Below, in pieces: positions 9,278 through 19,860 of a stretch of 64,000 nt of DNA. The DNA lies in NCBI GenBank assembly GCA_012026655.1, contig JAAILG010000009.1:62001-126000 (forward strand). Direction: 5' to 3'. This stretch comes from Hydrolagus affinis (taxonomy: Eukaryota). Below the pieces are notes generated by a model. That model did no database searches and was not told the DNA's origin. It worked only from the letters and a program-made list of their open reading frames with translations. Every line of letters starts with the position of its first letter. The first letter of the stretch is position 1. The position numbers were made by a program, and so were the translations under genes.

Positions 9278-9987
9278 TGTTGGATTTCCAGTAACTCCCA
9301 CTGGTCCAAGCGGTCGCTCCCGAGATGAAACTGTTCAATACCATTGCACCCAGACTTGCGCAGTAACAGTTGTCCAAAAGCAATTGGCATCCGGATGCAT
9401 TGATGTGTCTATAACCACATTTTAATAAACACTCACTGACAACTGGGATATATCATCATTGGACAATGACTTGTATGTTTTTTTTTAATATTTTTTATCG
9501 GCATAGCATTGTACCATTGAGGGGGGAAAGTTTTGTAAACTAGGGTTTTACACATCAATTGTTCACCAAACAAGAACTGGAATAGATTCGTGTTCAGTAG
9601 TATTTTGTAATTCAGCACATTTGGGTGCTGTGTTTATAGCGTAGAGTATAGCTACAACCTAACTATGGGTGGGTGCTGGGTGACTCTACAGTGTTGTAGC
9701 TCACTTGAAAGTGCATCAATAGAAAATAACATGTCTCACCACGTTAAAACATTTTTTTTTAAAAAAATCCCTTTGCAGTAATTACAGTAAAGTGTAGTGG
9801 CTGTTTTTGGAAGCAAACATGATAATTTTGTACCAGCATGATACCACAAATAGCTATGAGTTAAATAGCAAATTTATCTAAAGGATTACTGACCAGTACT
9901 CAAGTTTTTTTTTAAAGTCCAAGATCACCTGAACAATAATCTCAGATCCAAGCATCCTGGGACTAAACCCTGCATGAGGGTAGCACA

Positions 9988-10063
9988 TAAGAGCATAAGA
10001 AGTAGGAGCAGGATGAGGCCATTCAGCCCATTGAGCCTGCCCCGCTATTCAATCATGGCTGAT
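9988..10063 (-). mobile_element. CR1-type LINE 3' end fragment
   Basis: ataagaagtaggagcagga.gaggccattcagccc is the reverse complement of the gggctgaatggcct..tcctgctcctacttcttat CR1-type tail. Related pieces lie at about 29015-29060 and 41170-41415. Confidence 0.65.
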
Positions 10064-11696
10064 ATTCCATTCAAATTGTTTTTGATGTTAATGTCTCATC
10101 TGAAGAATTACATCTCTGAGAATGCAACGCCCCCCCTTAATAACGGGGAAAGTTTTCACTTTTTGCAGCACTAATTCTTCAATTTTGTTGGACTACAGTT
10201 CACCCCACAAGCAAAAGGACTTTCTAACAAGGGACAAACATCTACTACTGAATTTGCTCAACAATCCACAACCTCTATAAAGAGAGACATGCATACTTAC
10301 CAATATCTCTGCCTTCCTATTTTAGAATAGCTGTTTAGAAGCTGTCTAGAAGCAGACTTTTTTTTATGGAGATTCACTTCATGTACCTTTTTGTGTGACA
10401 TTATCAAAGTTCACAGCAAGTTAGTTAATCAAGATGACCATGTCTTCATATTTTTTGTATCTTCATATCTTTTTTCAATATTTCTGTTTTGATCTTTTGA
10501 TGATTGTGGTATAGTTATTATACACTGATAAATGAACCAACTCTCTTTTGGAGAACAACCAATTTAGTTGCATTTCCAATCTGCTTAGGACGTCCTCCTG
10601 ACACGAAAGGTGCTATACAAGTGTAATATTGTTGTTGTTGTTTGTAAACTTGTTGAATCCGAATGCAAGGATTATTATTATACTTGAAGCTTAGGACAGA
10701 AATCATGTGTATGCAGTTCACAGCATCCTGAAATGGAGGTGAAGCTAGGAAAAGGATCTTTCAGCTACAAAGATATTTCTATTCGGGTAACTTCTGTTAT
10801 TTCACTACTTATTGAATTGTTTTCTTTGTGGAGCCTTCTCCAAGTGGTGACAAGTGACAAACATACCTCGTCAGGGGGAAACGTATCCATGTAGGATTCT
10901 GTCCCATATTACAGAAGGCACACAGACTGTTTGCCCACAGTCACTCCTTGATCCCTGCATTCAAAAGAATAATAATCCTTGCATGTGATACAGCGCTTTT
11001 CACATCTACTAGACATCTCAAAGCGCTTCACAGAATATACGGTAAGGTGAACTGATTGTATATTTGTGGGTGAAATATAGCTACGATCCACCGGCTTTGA
11101 ATACAATCCCCCAGCAGTGACACTGTGAGGTTCTGCGCCAGTGACATCATGAATGAGAAAGATTGCTATCTCTGATCCATTGTTTAATTCATGACATAGT
11201 GGGTCACAGCTTCAAAAAATAAGCTTCCACCAACAATCACTTTTTAGAGCAGGGAAGCAAGAATTGATTGTACAAAACATTGGTAAGTGTAAAGATATCT
11301 CCCTATCAAATCCAAATATCCAACCCATTGAATATCGGTCCCAACCTACTTCCAAAGACGTGTTGAGGTGTTATATCAAATGCAAGGATTATTATTATCA
11401 TTACTGAATCAAAGTATCTCTAATATTCCAAATTCTGGCCTCAACCACCCTTCCTGATTTCCGAATGACTGATGAATTGTGTGAATAGGAGATGGCTTAG
11501 TTCAAATTTTAGTAGGAAGGAGAGTGAAAAACTGGGTTTTAAAGTTACCCCCCTCTCCCCCCACTCCCTCTCTCAACAAGAATGAAAATGACAACTTCAG
11601 CATTATACATTCATTTCCTAGTGAGAAATATCTAAAATACACATATCATCTTTTTTTCCATATGCTGTTGTTTTCAGGAAAATGAACCTGTGAATT

Positions 11697-14600
11697 ATGC
11701 AAAATTTTTCTGCAAAGGTTGCTTCGGAATCTGGCCCAAGATCAGGAATTCAGACTGAAGGTTTAACGAAAGAGAAAGAGGAGATTAAGGGAGGTGGAGA
11801 GCAGCCTGTAGCACAATGTGTGATGTCCCAAGAGCCATTTTGCTTTTCTACCAGTCTCCAGGGTGTTTCTCCAGAGAAAGTAGTGGTGAAGGTTAAGGAC
11901 AGGAAGGTGTCCATCTGCGGAGAACACATTGAGAAGAAAGAAGATGATGGAATAATCAAATATACCTTTCACGGTTTTTCAACCATATTTGATCTCCCCC
12001 TGGAAGTAGATCCAAATTCTCTAACTGTCACTGTGTCAGATGGTAGAACTTTGAAAATTGCATCCCAGCAAGTCACATCATACGACACCAAAAGCAAGGA
12101 AAATGATGCTGATGCTATGAACAGTTACTCTCCAACTCTCTCCTTGGAGGCAAAACCCCCAGTATGCAATGCAGATTCAGAAAGTATTCCAGTCTTTGCC
12201 AAAGAAACAAACATCATGAAACAAAATGAGCCGGAGGCAAAAGGTATCTTGATATCAATTCCAAAGGCACAGACCCCTAAAGGCACCCTCACCAACCAAT
12301 TACCTGCCACAAAAGAACCTTATCCACCAACACCTCTTATAGAAACAATTATAGTGCCTACTCTGCAGACACACACTACCACAACACAAACTGTGGACAC
12401 GTTATTCATCCCAGCACAAGCCACAAATGTAAGCACCTTTCCAATGTCTGGTGTGGAACTGCGCACCAAAATGATAAATGAACCTGAGATACTTACCAGC
12501 CTCATTCTTAACTTGCGGGCACTGTTATCTGCTGCCCCTGAGTCACAAAGGAACTTTGTGCCAGCCATCCTTGAGGCAGATGTCAATGTACCCAATCCGG
12601 ACGTCCATACTATCTCAGTACCTAACCTGGATACATCCCCCACCCAGATATCTAACTCAGAAATGCACAACATTCTTTTATGTTTTTCTGAGGTGCACAA
12701 TGTCCCAGGTGATGCTCCCGAGACACTTACCTGCCTTGCACCCTACACTAAAGTACATATCAACCCAGCAAGTCCTCCTGAGACTTACAAAAATACTCTG
12801 ACACACATGAATGAGACAAGCATAGCAGTGGGCATCCCCGAGTTACATACTGATACAAAACCAACCAATGACACCAAACCATTGCTACCCTTAGAGGCAT
12901 TCACCACCCCAATACCACTCCCAAGGAAACGCAACATCGAAACAGCAGCCGCTCCTGAGACAAGCACCTCTCTTTTATTCATCCCCAGGAACCATGATCC
13001 GTCCCTGGTGCCCACCAGTGAGAAACGCACAGCCCCAATACCTGCCCCAAGGAGATACAATATCTTCCCAGCATACACTTCTGAGAAACAACCGTTTCCT
13101 GTGCCTGCTCCCAGGAGATACAGCATCTACCCTGCATACAATCCCGAAACACACACTTTACCAAAACCTGCCCCAAGAAGTTACAGCATCACAGCAGTAC
13201 CCACTACTGAGTCAATAAGAATTTCTGTACCTCACCCAATGATGAATGATGAAGCTCTCCTGCTAGCCACTCATGATACAAGCAGTGGCTCTATAGCTAA
13301 CTCTGAGAAATGTAAATCCACATTACCTACTCCTGATACAAGCTTCACTGATTTATATATGCCCAGGAAACGGAGCACTTCCCCAACACAACGTTCAGAG
13401 ACTCACACTTCTGTATATGGCCCAAGGAGAAACATCTACCCAGCAAACGCTCCTGTACCTGCTCCGAGGAGATACATCAGCTCCCCAGCATATGTTCCTA
13501 AGACACTCACTCCTTCTGCGACTCATTCAGGGAAACATGAAGCATCCACTCCTGATATGCATGTCTCTCAAAAGCATGTCCCAAAGAAGCACAGCTCCTG
13601 CACAGCATCCACTCCTGAGAGGCACACCTCTCATGCCAAGACCCCAAGAAAATACTCCAACTCCCCAGGACTCAATGCTGAGTTAGAAACTTCTCCAGAA
13701 CCCATCCCAAAACGATACAGCACCTCACTAGCACAAGCTCCTGAAACCTCTCCTGTGCATGATCCAAAGCCACATGAGGCTTCACAAGTCTCCGCTCTTG
13801 ATACAATCACCTCTCGTGGACAACCCAAGAAGAAGCACATCTCTTCCTCAACACCTGCTCCCGACCAACAGATCTCTCCCAGAAGTGACCAGAGACAAAG
13901 TGGCTTCTCCCCAGAGCGCAGTGCTGAGAAACACAAATCTCCTAAACATAATCAGAGGAAACACATCCCTTTTCCTGAACCTACTCCTGAGCAATACACC
14001 TCTCCTGGGCAAACCCGTAGGAACCAAGTCCGCTCCCCAGTATCTGCTGATCAGCAGCACATCTCTCCCATACTCACCCCCAGGAATCGTAGCCCCTCCC
14101 CAACAGCCAATCCTGATGCAAATAATTCTTCCTTACAATCCCCCACGAAACGCAGCCCCTCTCCATTATCCACTCCTGAGATAAGTGCATCTCATATACA
14201 TTTTTCCAGGAAACACAAAACGTCTCAAACACACCAAACTAATACAAGCACCTCTACTGTTCAACACCCACCAAAACGCAGCCCTTCCCCAATATCCACA
14301 GTGGAATTAAATACTTCTCTTATACATTTCCTCAGGAAAAACAGCAACTCCCCGGTCATGACTCCTGGCATGAGCTCTTCTCCCATATCTACCCCAGAGA
14401 AGGAAAACACATCCCCAGTACTTACTCCTGAGAAAAGCAGCTCTCTTATATATATGCGCAGTACTTCGCCCTTACCACCTCCTGAGAAAATCTCTCCCAT
14501 CTATAAACCATTGAAACGCAGCACCTCCCCATTGACAACTCCCGAGTTGAGCCCTTCTCTTTTACATTTCCTCATGAAACACAGTTCCGCAATATCCAAT

Positions 14601-14786
14601 CCTGACCCAACCACTTCTCCCGTTCATACTCCCAGGAAACGCAGCCCTTCTCCATTACCCGCATCCGAGATGAGCACCTCTCGCAAACATAATACCAGAA
14701 ATCGTAGCACCTCTCCAGTGTCCCCTTCAGGTTCGAGGAGCACCTCTCCAATATTGCCCAGAAAATACAAAACTTCCCATACTTAA
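11697..14786 (+). CDS. sHSP cluster gene C: alpha-crystallin domain + about 770 aa of degenerate 20/21-aa S/T/P-rich repeats (1029 aa, uninterrupted CDS)
   Basis: PFCFSTSLQGVSPEKVVVKVKDRKVSICGEHIEKKEDDGIIKYTFHGFSTIFDLPLEVDPNSLTVTVSDGRTLKIAS is an alpha-crystallin domain. The frame is open for 3.1 kb. A probable 5'UTR intron spans 11283-11677 (ttg|gtaagt ... tgttgttttcag|). Confidence 0.88.
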   Translation: MQNFSAKVASESGPRSGIQTEGLTKEKEEIKGGGEQPVAQCVMSQEPFCFSTSLQGVSPEKVVVKVKDRKVSICGEHIEKKEDDGIIKYTFHGFSTIFDLPLEVDPNSLTVTVSDGRTLKIASQQVTSYDTKSKENDADAMNSYSPTLSLEAKPPVCNADSESIPVFAKETNIMKQNEPEAKGILISIPKAQTPKGTLTNQLPATKEPYPPTPLIETIIVPTLQTHTTTTQTVDTLFIPAQATNVSTFPMSGVELRTKMINEPEILTSLILNLRALLSAAPESQRNFVPAILEADVNVPNPDVHTISVPNLDTSPTQISNSEMHNILLCFSEVHNVPGDAPETLTCLAPYTKVHINPASPPETYKNTLTHMNETSIAVGIPELHTDTKPTNDTKPLLPLEAFTTPIPLPRKRNIETAAAPETSTSLLFIPRNHDPSLVPTSEKRTAPIPAPRRYNIFPAYTSEKQPFPVPAPRRYSIYPAYNPETHTLPKPAPRSYSITAVPTTESIRISVPHPMMNDEALLLATHDTSSGSIANSEKCKSTLPTPDTSFTDLYMPRKRSTSPTQRSETHTSVYGPRRNIYPANAPVPAPRRYISSPAYVPKTLTPSATHSGKHEASTPDMHVSQKHVPKKHSSCTASTPERHTSHAKTPRKYSNSPGLNAELETSPEPIPKRYSTSLAQAPETSPVHDPKPHEASQVSALDTITSRGQPKKKHISSSTPAPDQQISPRSDQRQSGFSPERSAEKHKSPKHNQRKHIPFPEPTPEQYTSPGQTRRNQVRSPVSADQQHISPILTPRNRSPSPTANPDANNSSLQSPTKRSPSPLSTPEISASHIHFSRKHKTSQTHQTNTSTSTVQHPPKRSPSPISTVELNTSLIHFLRKNSNSPVMTPGMSSSPISTPEKENTSPVLTPEKSSSLIYMRSTSPLPPPEKISPIYKPLKRSTSPLTTPELSPSLLHFLMKHSSAISNPDPTTSPVHTPRKRSPSPLPASEMSTSRKHNTRNRSTSPVSPSGSRSTSPILPRKYKTSHT
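12480..14770 (+). repeat. Degenerate coding 60/63-bp tandem repeat in gene C
   Basis: PxPxPR units start at 12909, 13035, 13098 and 13161 (multiples of 63 bp). RSPSP/RSTSP...TPE units recur about every 21 aa near the C-terminus, with a recurring ctcctgag core. Confidence 0.8.
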
Positions 14787-16123
14787 TACAACCACTGGTC
14801 TCTTGGACACATCCAGAAAATGCAGCACTTTTTCCCTACCCCAACCTATCACACTTCCAAAGCACCAGCTTCTGAAACAAATACCAACTCCTGAGGCATG
14901 TGCTTGGGCAATAGTTACCTCGTCTGGATGGGTAATAATTGAACCCTGTATTACATACTAACCCAATTTTCTAACCTGGGAAAATCTTCCTCCCTTTGAA
15001 ATCCTAATTTGATTCATAGTGCTCTGAATTATTCATGATGCAGCTTTTAATATTAGGTGCAAATTAATTAGCTAGAAACCATAGCAGTGGTACAATATTA
15101 CCCCATCCACTTCCAAGGAAATGCAAAAGAGTGACTGCCAAAAGACTGACTACCTGGCACCAAACTCTGCCCACCATAAGCTAACATTCATCTTTTAGCA
15201 ATTAAGGAAATGTTTGGGATTCATATAATAAGCGGAAGTGAACTGTTGGAAACTTGTGGTTTGACAATATGGATAACCTTGAATTGCCAACAAACCAAAC
15301 ATTCCTGATCTGTTACTCAGTGTGATTGCTGAAGAAAGTAGCTTGCTTCCACATCTTGCAAGTACGGTTTGCAAAGACGGAATACCTGGCTTTGCAGTGA
15401 TTTGCCTTAGAAGCACCGACCAGTAGCTGTTTAATAAAATTTACAATTGATGTTGGTTGCAGTTGGCTACATTTGTTCGTATGCTGTATAATGCTGTCTC
15501 TTGAATCATACATTTTATCAAGAGAAAATTAATTGTCTGACACATGTGGAAACCCATCACATTGCTTAAAATTATGCAAATCAAGCTAAGATTTCTATGT
15601 ATTCCATACACACATGGAAATTCCAGAGACAGATTGTTGAAATGGAATGCATGTTCTCTCTCCCTAGAGGGACGCATCCTACTTACCTAATATTGACAGG
15701 TATTAGGGCACAGGTTGGCAAGAACCAAGGCTTGGGGACCCCAGAGTGTGGTTGTACTCCTGGAATCCAACCATCTAAAACTTCATAGCTTGCCATTGAT
15801 ATCACTGTCTGGCAAGCTTTTCGACTGCTTGTTCAGCAAGGACAACCTCTCGCGTGAGCGCAAGCAAGTGATATAAGTGAACTAATTGGACTAAATAGAG
15901 CACACATCAAATTTTTATTTTATTACCCAGTTTCTGTTCCAAACTGTCAGGTTTTGAGCTCTGTTGTGACTGACAAGCACACCCTCAAAGATTCAGAAAT
16001 GTCTTCTTTCAATACAGTTAGTTGTTTGCATTCAGAATTAACGTGCAACTACTTTCTGCATTGCCAAAATACACCCGACTTTCTCAGTACCTAAAGGCCT
16101 TGTTTCTCTTCCTCATTCTGAAA

Positions 16124-16783
16124 TCAGCGCCATTGGGAATGAGGAGGAACAGTTTGGCGCAAGGTTGGTGGGTCAGTGAGAGGGTCGTTGAAACTGATTG
16201 AGGCATTAGGACAGGTGGTTCCGGGTATTGGATGATGACAGTGAGTAGCCATTTGGACTATTTGACCATTGCTTCGTGTCCCTGGAACTGGCACGAAACA
16301 GGGAGTCCAAACAAAATTAGCCTTTGTGCTACCTTTCACGTAGTTGGTGGTGTATTTTAGAAAGATCGGGACATTAGTAGAGTCCGATTGTTCCCCACCC
16401 CAAGCTGTCTCCTTCACCTGCACATGGTCAGGGTAGCAGGAAGCTTCGACTGTGATGATTTTCTCGTCGATGATTGTAGCGGTCAAGGTGTTTAGATCCA
16501 GTTTGGCAGAGAGTGGCAGGTCATTCGAGAAACCACAATAGTTGTATCTGCTTATTCCGGAGATGTCCTTAACCTTCTGGAATTGCTCTCCAGAGACATT
16601 CAGGGTTCTCCCGGTGACCATTACGTTCACATGTTCTGGATCCGTTCCTGCCAAGTGCAGGGAGAGAGAAAAATTGCATGGTTTCCTTTTTCGCCTTCCC
16701 ATCATTGGGTTAATTTCCAGTCCATTGTTGGCACTTCTGCGATCTGCGTAAGATCCATTATCATCCATAATTTGTGGTAACAT
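16124..16783 (-). CDS. sHSP cluster gene D: alpha-crystallin domain + twin PGT Cys/His tail (219 aa)
   Basis: FSLSLHLAGTDPEHVNVMVTGRTLNVSGEQ...SRYNYCGFSNDLPLSAKLDLNTLTATIIDEKIITVEA; co-linear paralog of gene E. AATAAA on the minus strand at 15914-15919. Confidence 0.85.
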   Translation of the reverse strand: MLPQIMDDNGSYADRRSANNGLEINPMMGRRKRKPCNFSLSLHLAGTDPEHVNVMVTGRTLNVSGEQFQKVKDISGISRYNYCGFSNDLPLSAKLDLNTLTATIIDEKIITVEASCYPDHVQVKETAWGGEQSDSTNVPIFLKYTTNYVKGSTKANFVWTPCFVPVPGTRSNGQIVQMATHCHHPIPGTTCPNASISFNDPLTDPPTLRQTVPPHSQWR

Positions 16784-17819
16784 AACTTTCTGAAAAGGCA
16801 GCTACATGAAACAGATGTCTTCTTGCAACACTGACTTGTAAGCATGACACACACTTGAACACCCTCTGTGACGAAATTAATTGTACTGTATAAAACTTGA
16901 TTTGAAAAAGCAAAATGTTACAAAATATATGCACAAAGTTTCCACAGGCAGGTATTCCATGTGCCTGTCAAAACCCGAGGGGTCAGTAGAGCCCAGAAAT
17001 GCCCAAATGAGATGATATATTGCTAGCTAATGGATTGTATAGTTATAATCTTAAAATAAATAAGGATTATGGTAATGTTGACAATGCACTAAAGCTGTTC
17101 CTCGTGCGTGCTGAAAGATTTCTGCTTACAAATCTGTGTCAACCTGGCTCAGTGATAGCACCCCCGCCTCTGAGTAAGAAGATTGTGGGTTCAACCTCGG
17201 TCCTTAGCGCTCCAATGCAATGTTAGGGATAGTGGGGATGGTGTTGACTTTCCATCCTTTCAATGAAAGTTTAAACTAATCCCATCAGGTGGATGTTAAA
17301 TATCCCATGGTATGATTCAAAAATAAGTGAGTTTCTCCCAGTGTCCTTGCCAACAATTCCCCCAAATAAAAATAGGTAATTCAATCCATGGCTATTTGCA
17401 GGACATGGCTGTGCGCAGCAGGCTTGCTGTCTCAATTTGTCCACAAAGCACACATGGTCAAAAAACTCTTTAAAGTAAATCCTGTGAAACTCTTTGAAAC
17501 ATCTCAACAACGTGATAAGGCGCTGTATGAAATGTAATAATAATTATTAAGTAACCTTCTATGGGGTAGATACAGTAGATTCTTACCTCTGGAAAATGAT
17601 CCACTAATTAACTAACAATTGGTTGTTACTTACCAGAGAGGTAACTTAGCTAACTGGAAAAACTGGAAAAAATCTTGAGGATGAAACTTTATTACAGCTG
17701 CTGATCAAGTAGTTGGTATTTCCAGCTCAAAAAAAAATGTTTACAGACAAAAAGCCCTTATTCCTTAATCACGGAAGAATGAGCCTGGCAAACTATACGG
17801 TGTTACTCAAGGACGTTTG

Positions 17820-17844
17820 AGTGTGTGTGTGTGTGTGTGTGTGT
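17820..17844. repeat. (TG)n microsatellite
   Basis: Perfect dinucleotide run. Others: (TA)n at about 7628-7651 and (TG)n at about 51078-51097. Confidence 0.95.
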
Positions 17845-17983
17845 TGTCCCGTGGTCAATTTACATGTCAGCACAAAAAAAAGGGTTTGTTTCATTCTTTT
17901 ATTCTTCTCTCACGTTGTTCTGATGGGAGGTGGGGAAACTGGTTTCTCGTTCTCGGGTCCTTGTTAATATCCTTGGAGTGACC

Positions 17984-18595
17984 TCAAGAGCTCTTCATTG
18001 TCTGTAAGCTAGAGATGAGGTTTGGTAAGAATCCGGAGATATCTGTAACCATACCCGGGGAGTTGTGGCAGAAAGTCCCAGGCAATGGGTGGTTGCACAC
18101 TCGGATCAACCCAGTCTGTTGGGATTCGCAGAGAGTTCCAGGTATCGGCAAGTAGCAGGGTGTCCAGAAAACGGGTTCCTCCATTAGAGAGACAGAGTGG
18201 GAAGAGTATTCGAAAGTGATGGGAAGAAGCTTTTGGGGGATTTCATCGGCATCCTGATGCTGGATTTTCAACAGGGTGTCTGTCTTGTGGTAAAAAGCTT
18301 GCACCGTGATCACTCTGTCATCCACAATGACCACCGCCAGAGTGCTCAAATCCAACCTTGGAGGCAGGTGGAGCTCGTTGGAAAAGCCACAGTAGTTGTA
18401 CCTGCTGATGCCTTCGCCCTCCTGAATCTTGCGTACATGTTGGCCTGAGATGTCCAATTCCCTGCCCCTGATGGTGACTTTCACGTTACGGGGGTCGATA
18501 CCTGCCAAGTTCAGGCGAAGTTCAAACCTCTCCTGTTGACTTTCGGCTGGGATCGGTCTCAGAGTGGAACCGTTTCCCGTTTCCATCTCAACCAT
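17984..18595 (-). CDS. sHSP cluster gene E: alpha-crystallin domain + twin PGT Cys/His tail (203 aa)
   Basis: ERFELRLNLAGIDPRNVKVTIRGRELDISGQH...GISRYNYCGFSNELHLPPRLDLSTLAVVIVDDRVITVQA. The tail WTPCYLPIPGT...CNHPLPGTFC matches gene D. AATAAA on the minus strand at 17898-17903. Confidence 0.87.
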   Translation of the reverse strand: MVEMETGNGSTLRPIPAESQQERFELRLNLAGIDPRNVKVTIRGRELDISGQHVRKIQEGEGISRYNYCGFSNELHLPPRLDLSTLAVVIVDDRVITVQAFYHKTDTLLKIQHQDADEIPQKLLPITFEYSSHSVSLMEEPVFWTPCYLPIPGTLCESQQTGLIRVCNHPLPGTFCHNSPGMVTDISGFLPNLISSLQTMKSS

Positions 18596-18700
18596 TCCTA
18601 CCTTTCAGGAGAGGGAGCAACACAGATCGACTTGTGGCTTTCATTTCCTTTCCACCCCCCCTGCCCCCTCCCTCACCCTCCCCCACCCAAAGACTTGGTA

Positions 18701-18738
18701 GTGAGATCACACACATCTTAGGCACCTCTATGATGAAA
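18701..18738 (-). promoter_or_regulatory. Conserved upstream element of sHSP gene E (CRE-like core TGATCTCA)
   Basis: The minus strand reads TTTCATCATAGAGGTGCCTAAGATGTGTGTGATCTCAC, about 105 bp upstream of the ATG. This is nearly the same spacing as in gene A. Confidence 0.55.
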
Positions 18739-19343
18739 AATTACAAATGTAATAAATAATGTTGAACTATCCGCTTGGTTTGATGCATACAATTAATACC
18801 AGCGGATTAAACAGAAAGGTTCATAGTATCTGAATGCTGAAGTCAACAAGCGAGACTCAACCACAGTTTCGCAAGGAACACAATTACTCTATCTCTATCA
18901 TGTAAGGAAAAACAGCAAGCATGCTGGATGGAAGCTGAATTGCACACAGATGGTGAGGGACATGGGGACACAAGTACATGAGCATCTAGCTCTAGTTGAA
19001 TGCTGTATGGGTGGCTCACACACGGCATTCCAGGAAGGGATGTGAGGAAGAGATGAATGGTACAACTTTTCTTCATTCAATTTAGAATTACACACTCATG
19101 GGACTTATTCGTTCCTCTTCTGTCCCTGGCTGCCAGTTTACTGTCGTATTGTTCTGGTTGGAGAATGTTTGACACATGATAGAAAACCATCTGAAAGTAT
19201 TGTAGACACAAGACGAGATTGCAATAACAACTTGCATTTATACATCGTATACATTTTTACATAGAATACTGTCTGGGTGTGCTTCACAGGGATCACTCAC
19301 TGGCAGACCGGCTCCCCAAATGCACTCGGGGTTGTCATTGCAA

Positions 19344-19860
19344 TGTGAAGAAATGGAAGAAAAGCCATCCTTGTCAATATTAATAATATTATTATTATAT
19401 AGGATCATCTTCTAGATCAATAATATTTTGTTCAGTCGATCATTGTAGTCTTGTCCTGCTGTAAATTTTGCGAACCTTCGTAACCTCATTAGACTTGATT
19501 AATGCATGCTGTCTTGTCCTTATCTATTGTCCTTGCATTTGCTGGTGCAGTCATGTAGAGAAGGAATGCGTAAATGTGGGATGTAAAACAAGAAAATGGT
19601 ATCTATGAGACAAACCAGCTGGCTCTGTGGTTAGAATTGAAGGCTAAGGAAATAGGTTAGGTACAAATGTAGCCGGCGTAACTGTTGCTTGTTAGAGCAA
19701 AGTCGGGAAGAAAGCACAGAAACCAATGTACCTCTCTCTCTGTTCTCCTGATTAGGTAACTATGCCTTTTTCTGTACCTTTGTAGATGCGATAATAAAGT
19801 ATAATAAAACTAAAAACTGCCATTGTGAGTTCAGTTATTTGTTGTCTGAAAGAAACACAC
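19344..19860 (+). mobile_element. LTR-like dispersed repeat (related to 45823-46616)
   Basis: Both copies start tgtgaag and share tgtctt.tccttatcta, aagaaaa.g.tatct...agacaaaccag.tggc and ttctcc.gatt..gtaactat blocks in the same order. AATAAA lies near the 3' end. No clean TSD found. Confidence 0.45.

Noticed and set aside
9095-9425. ORFs of 68-104 aa spanning the N run
   Set aside because: Artefacts of translating through the assembly gap.
3471-18595. Assigning the symbols ODF1, HSPB9 or HSP30 to cluster genes
   Set aside because: The similarity is at domain and architecture level only. Orthology cannot be established without a phylogeny.
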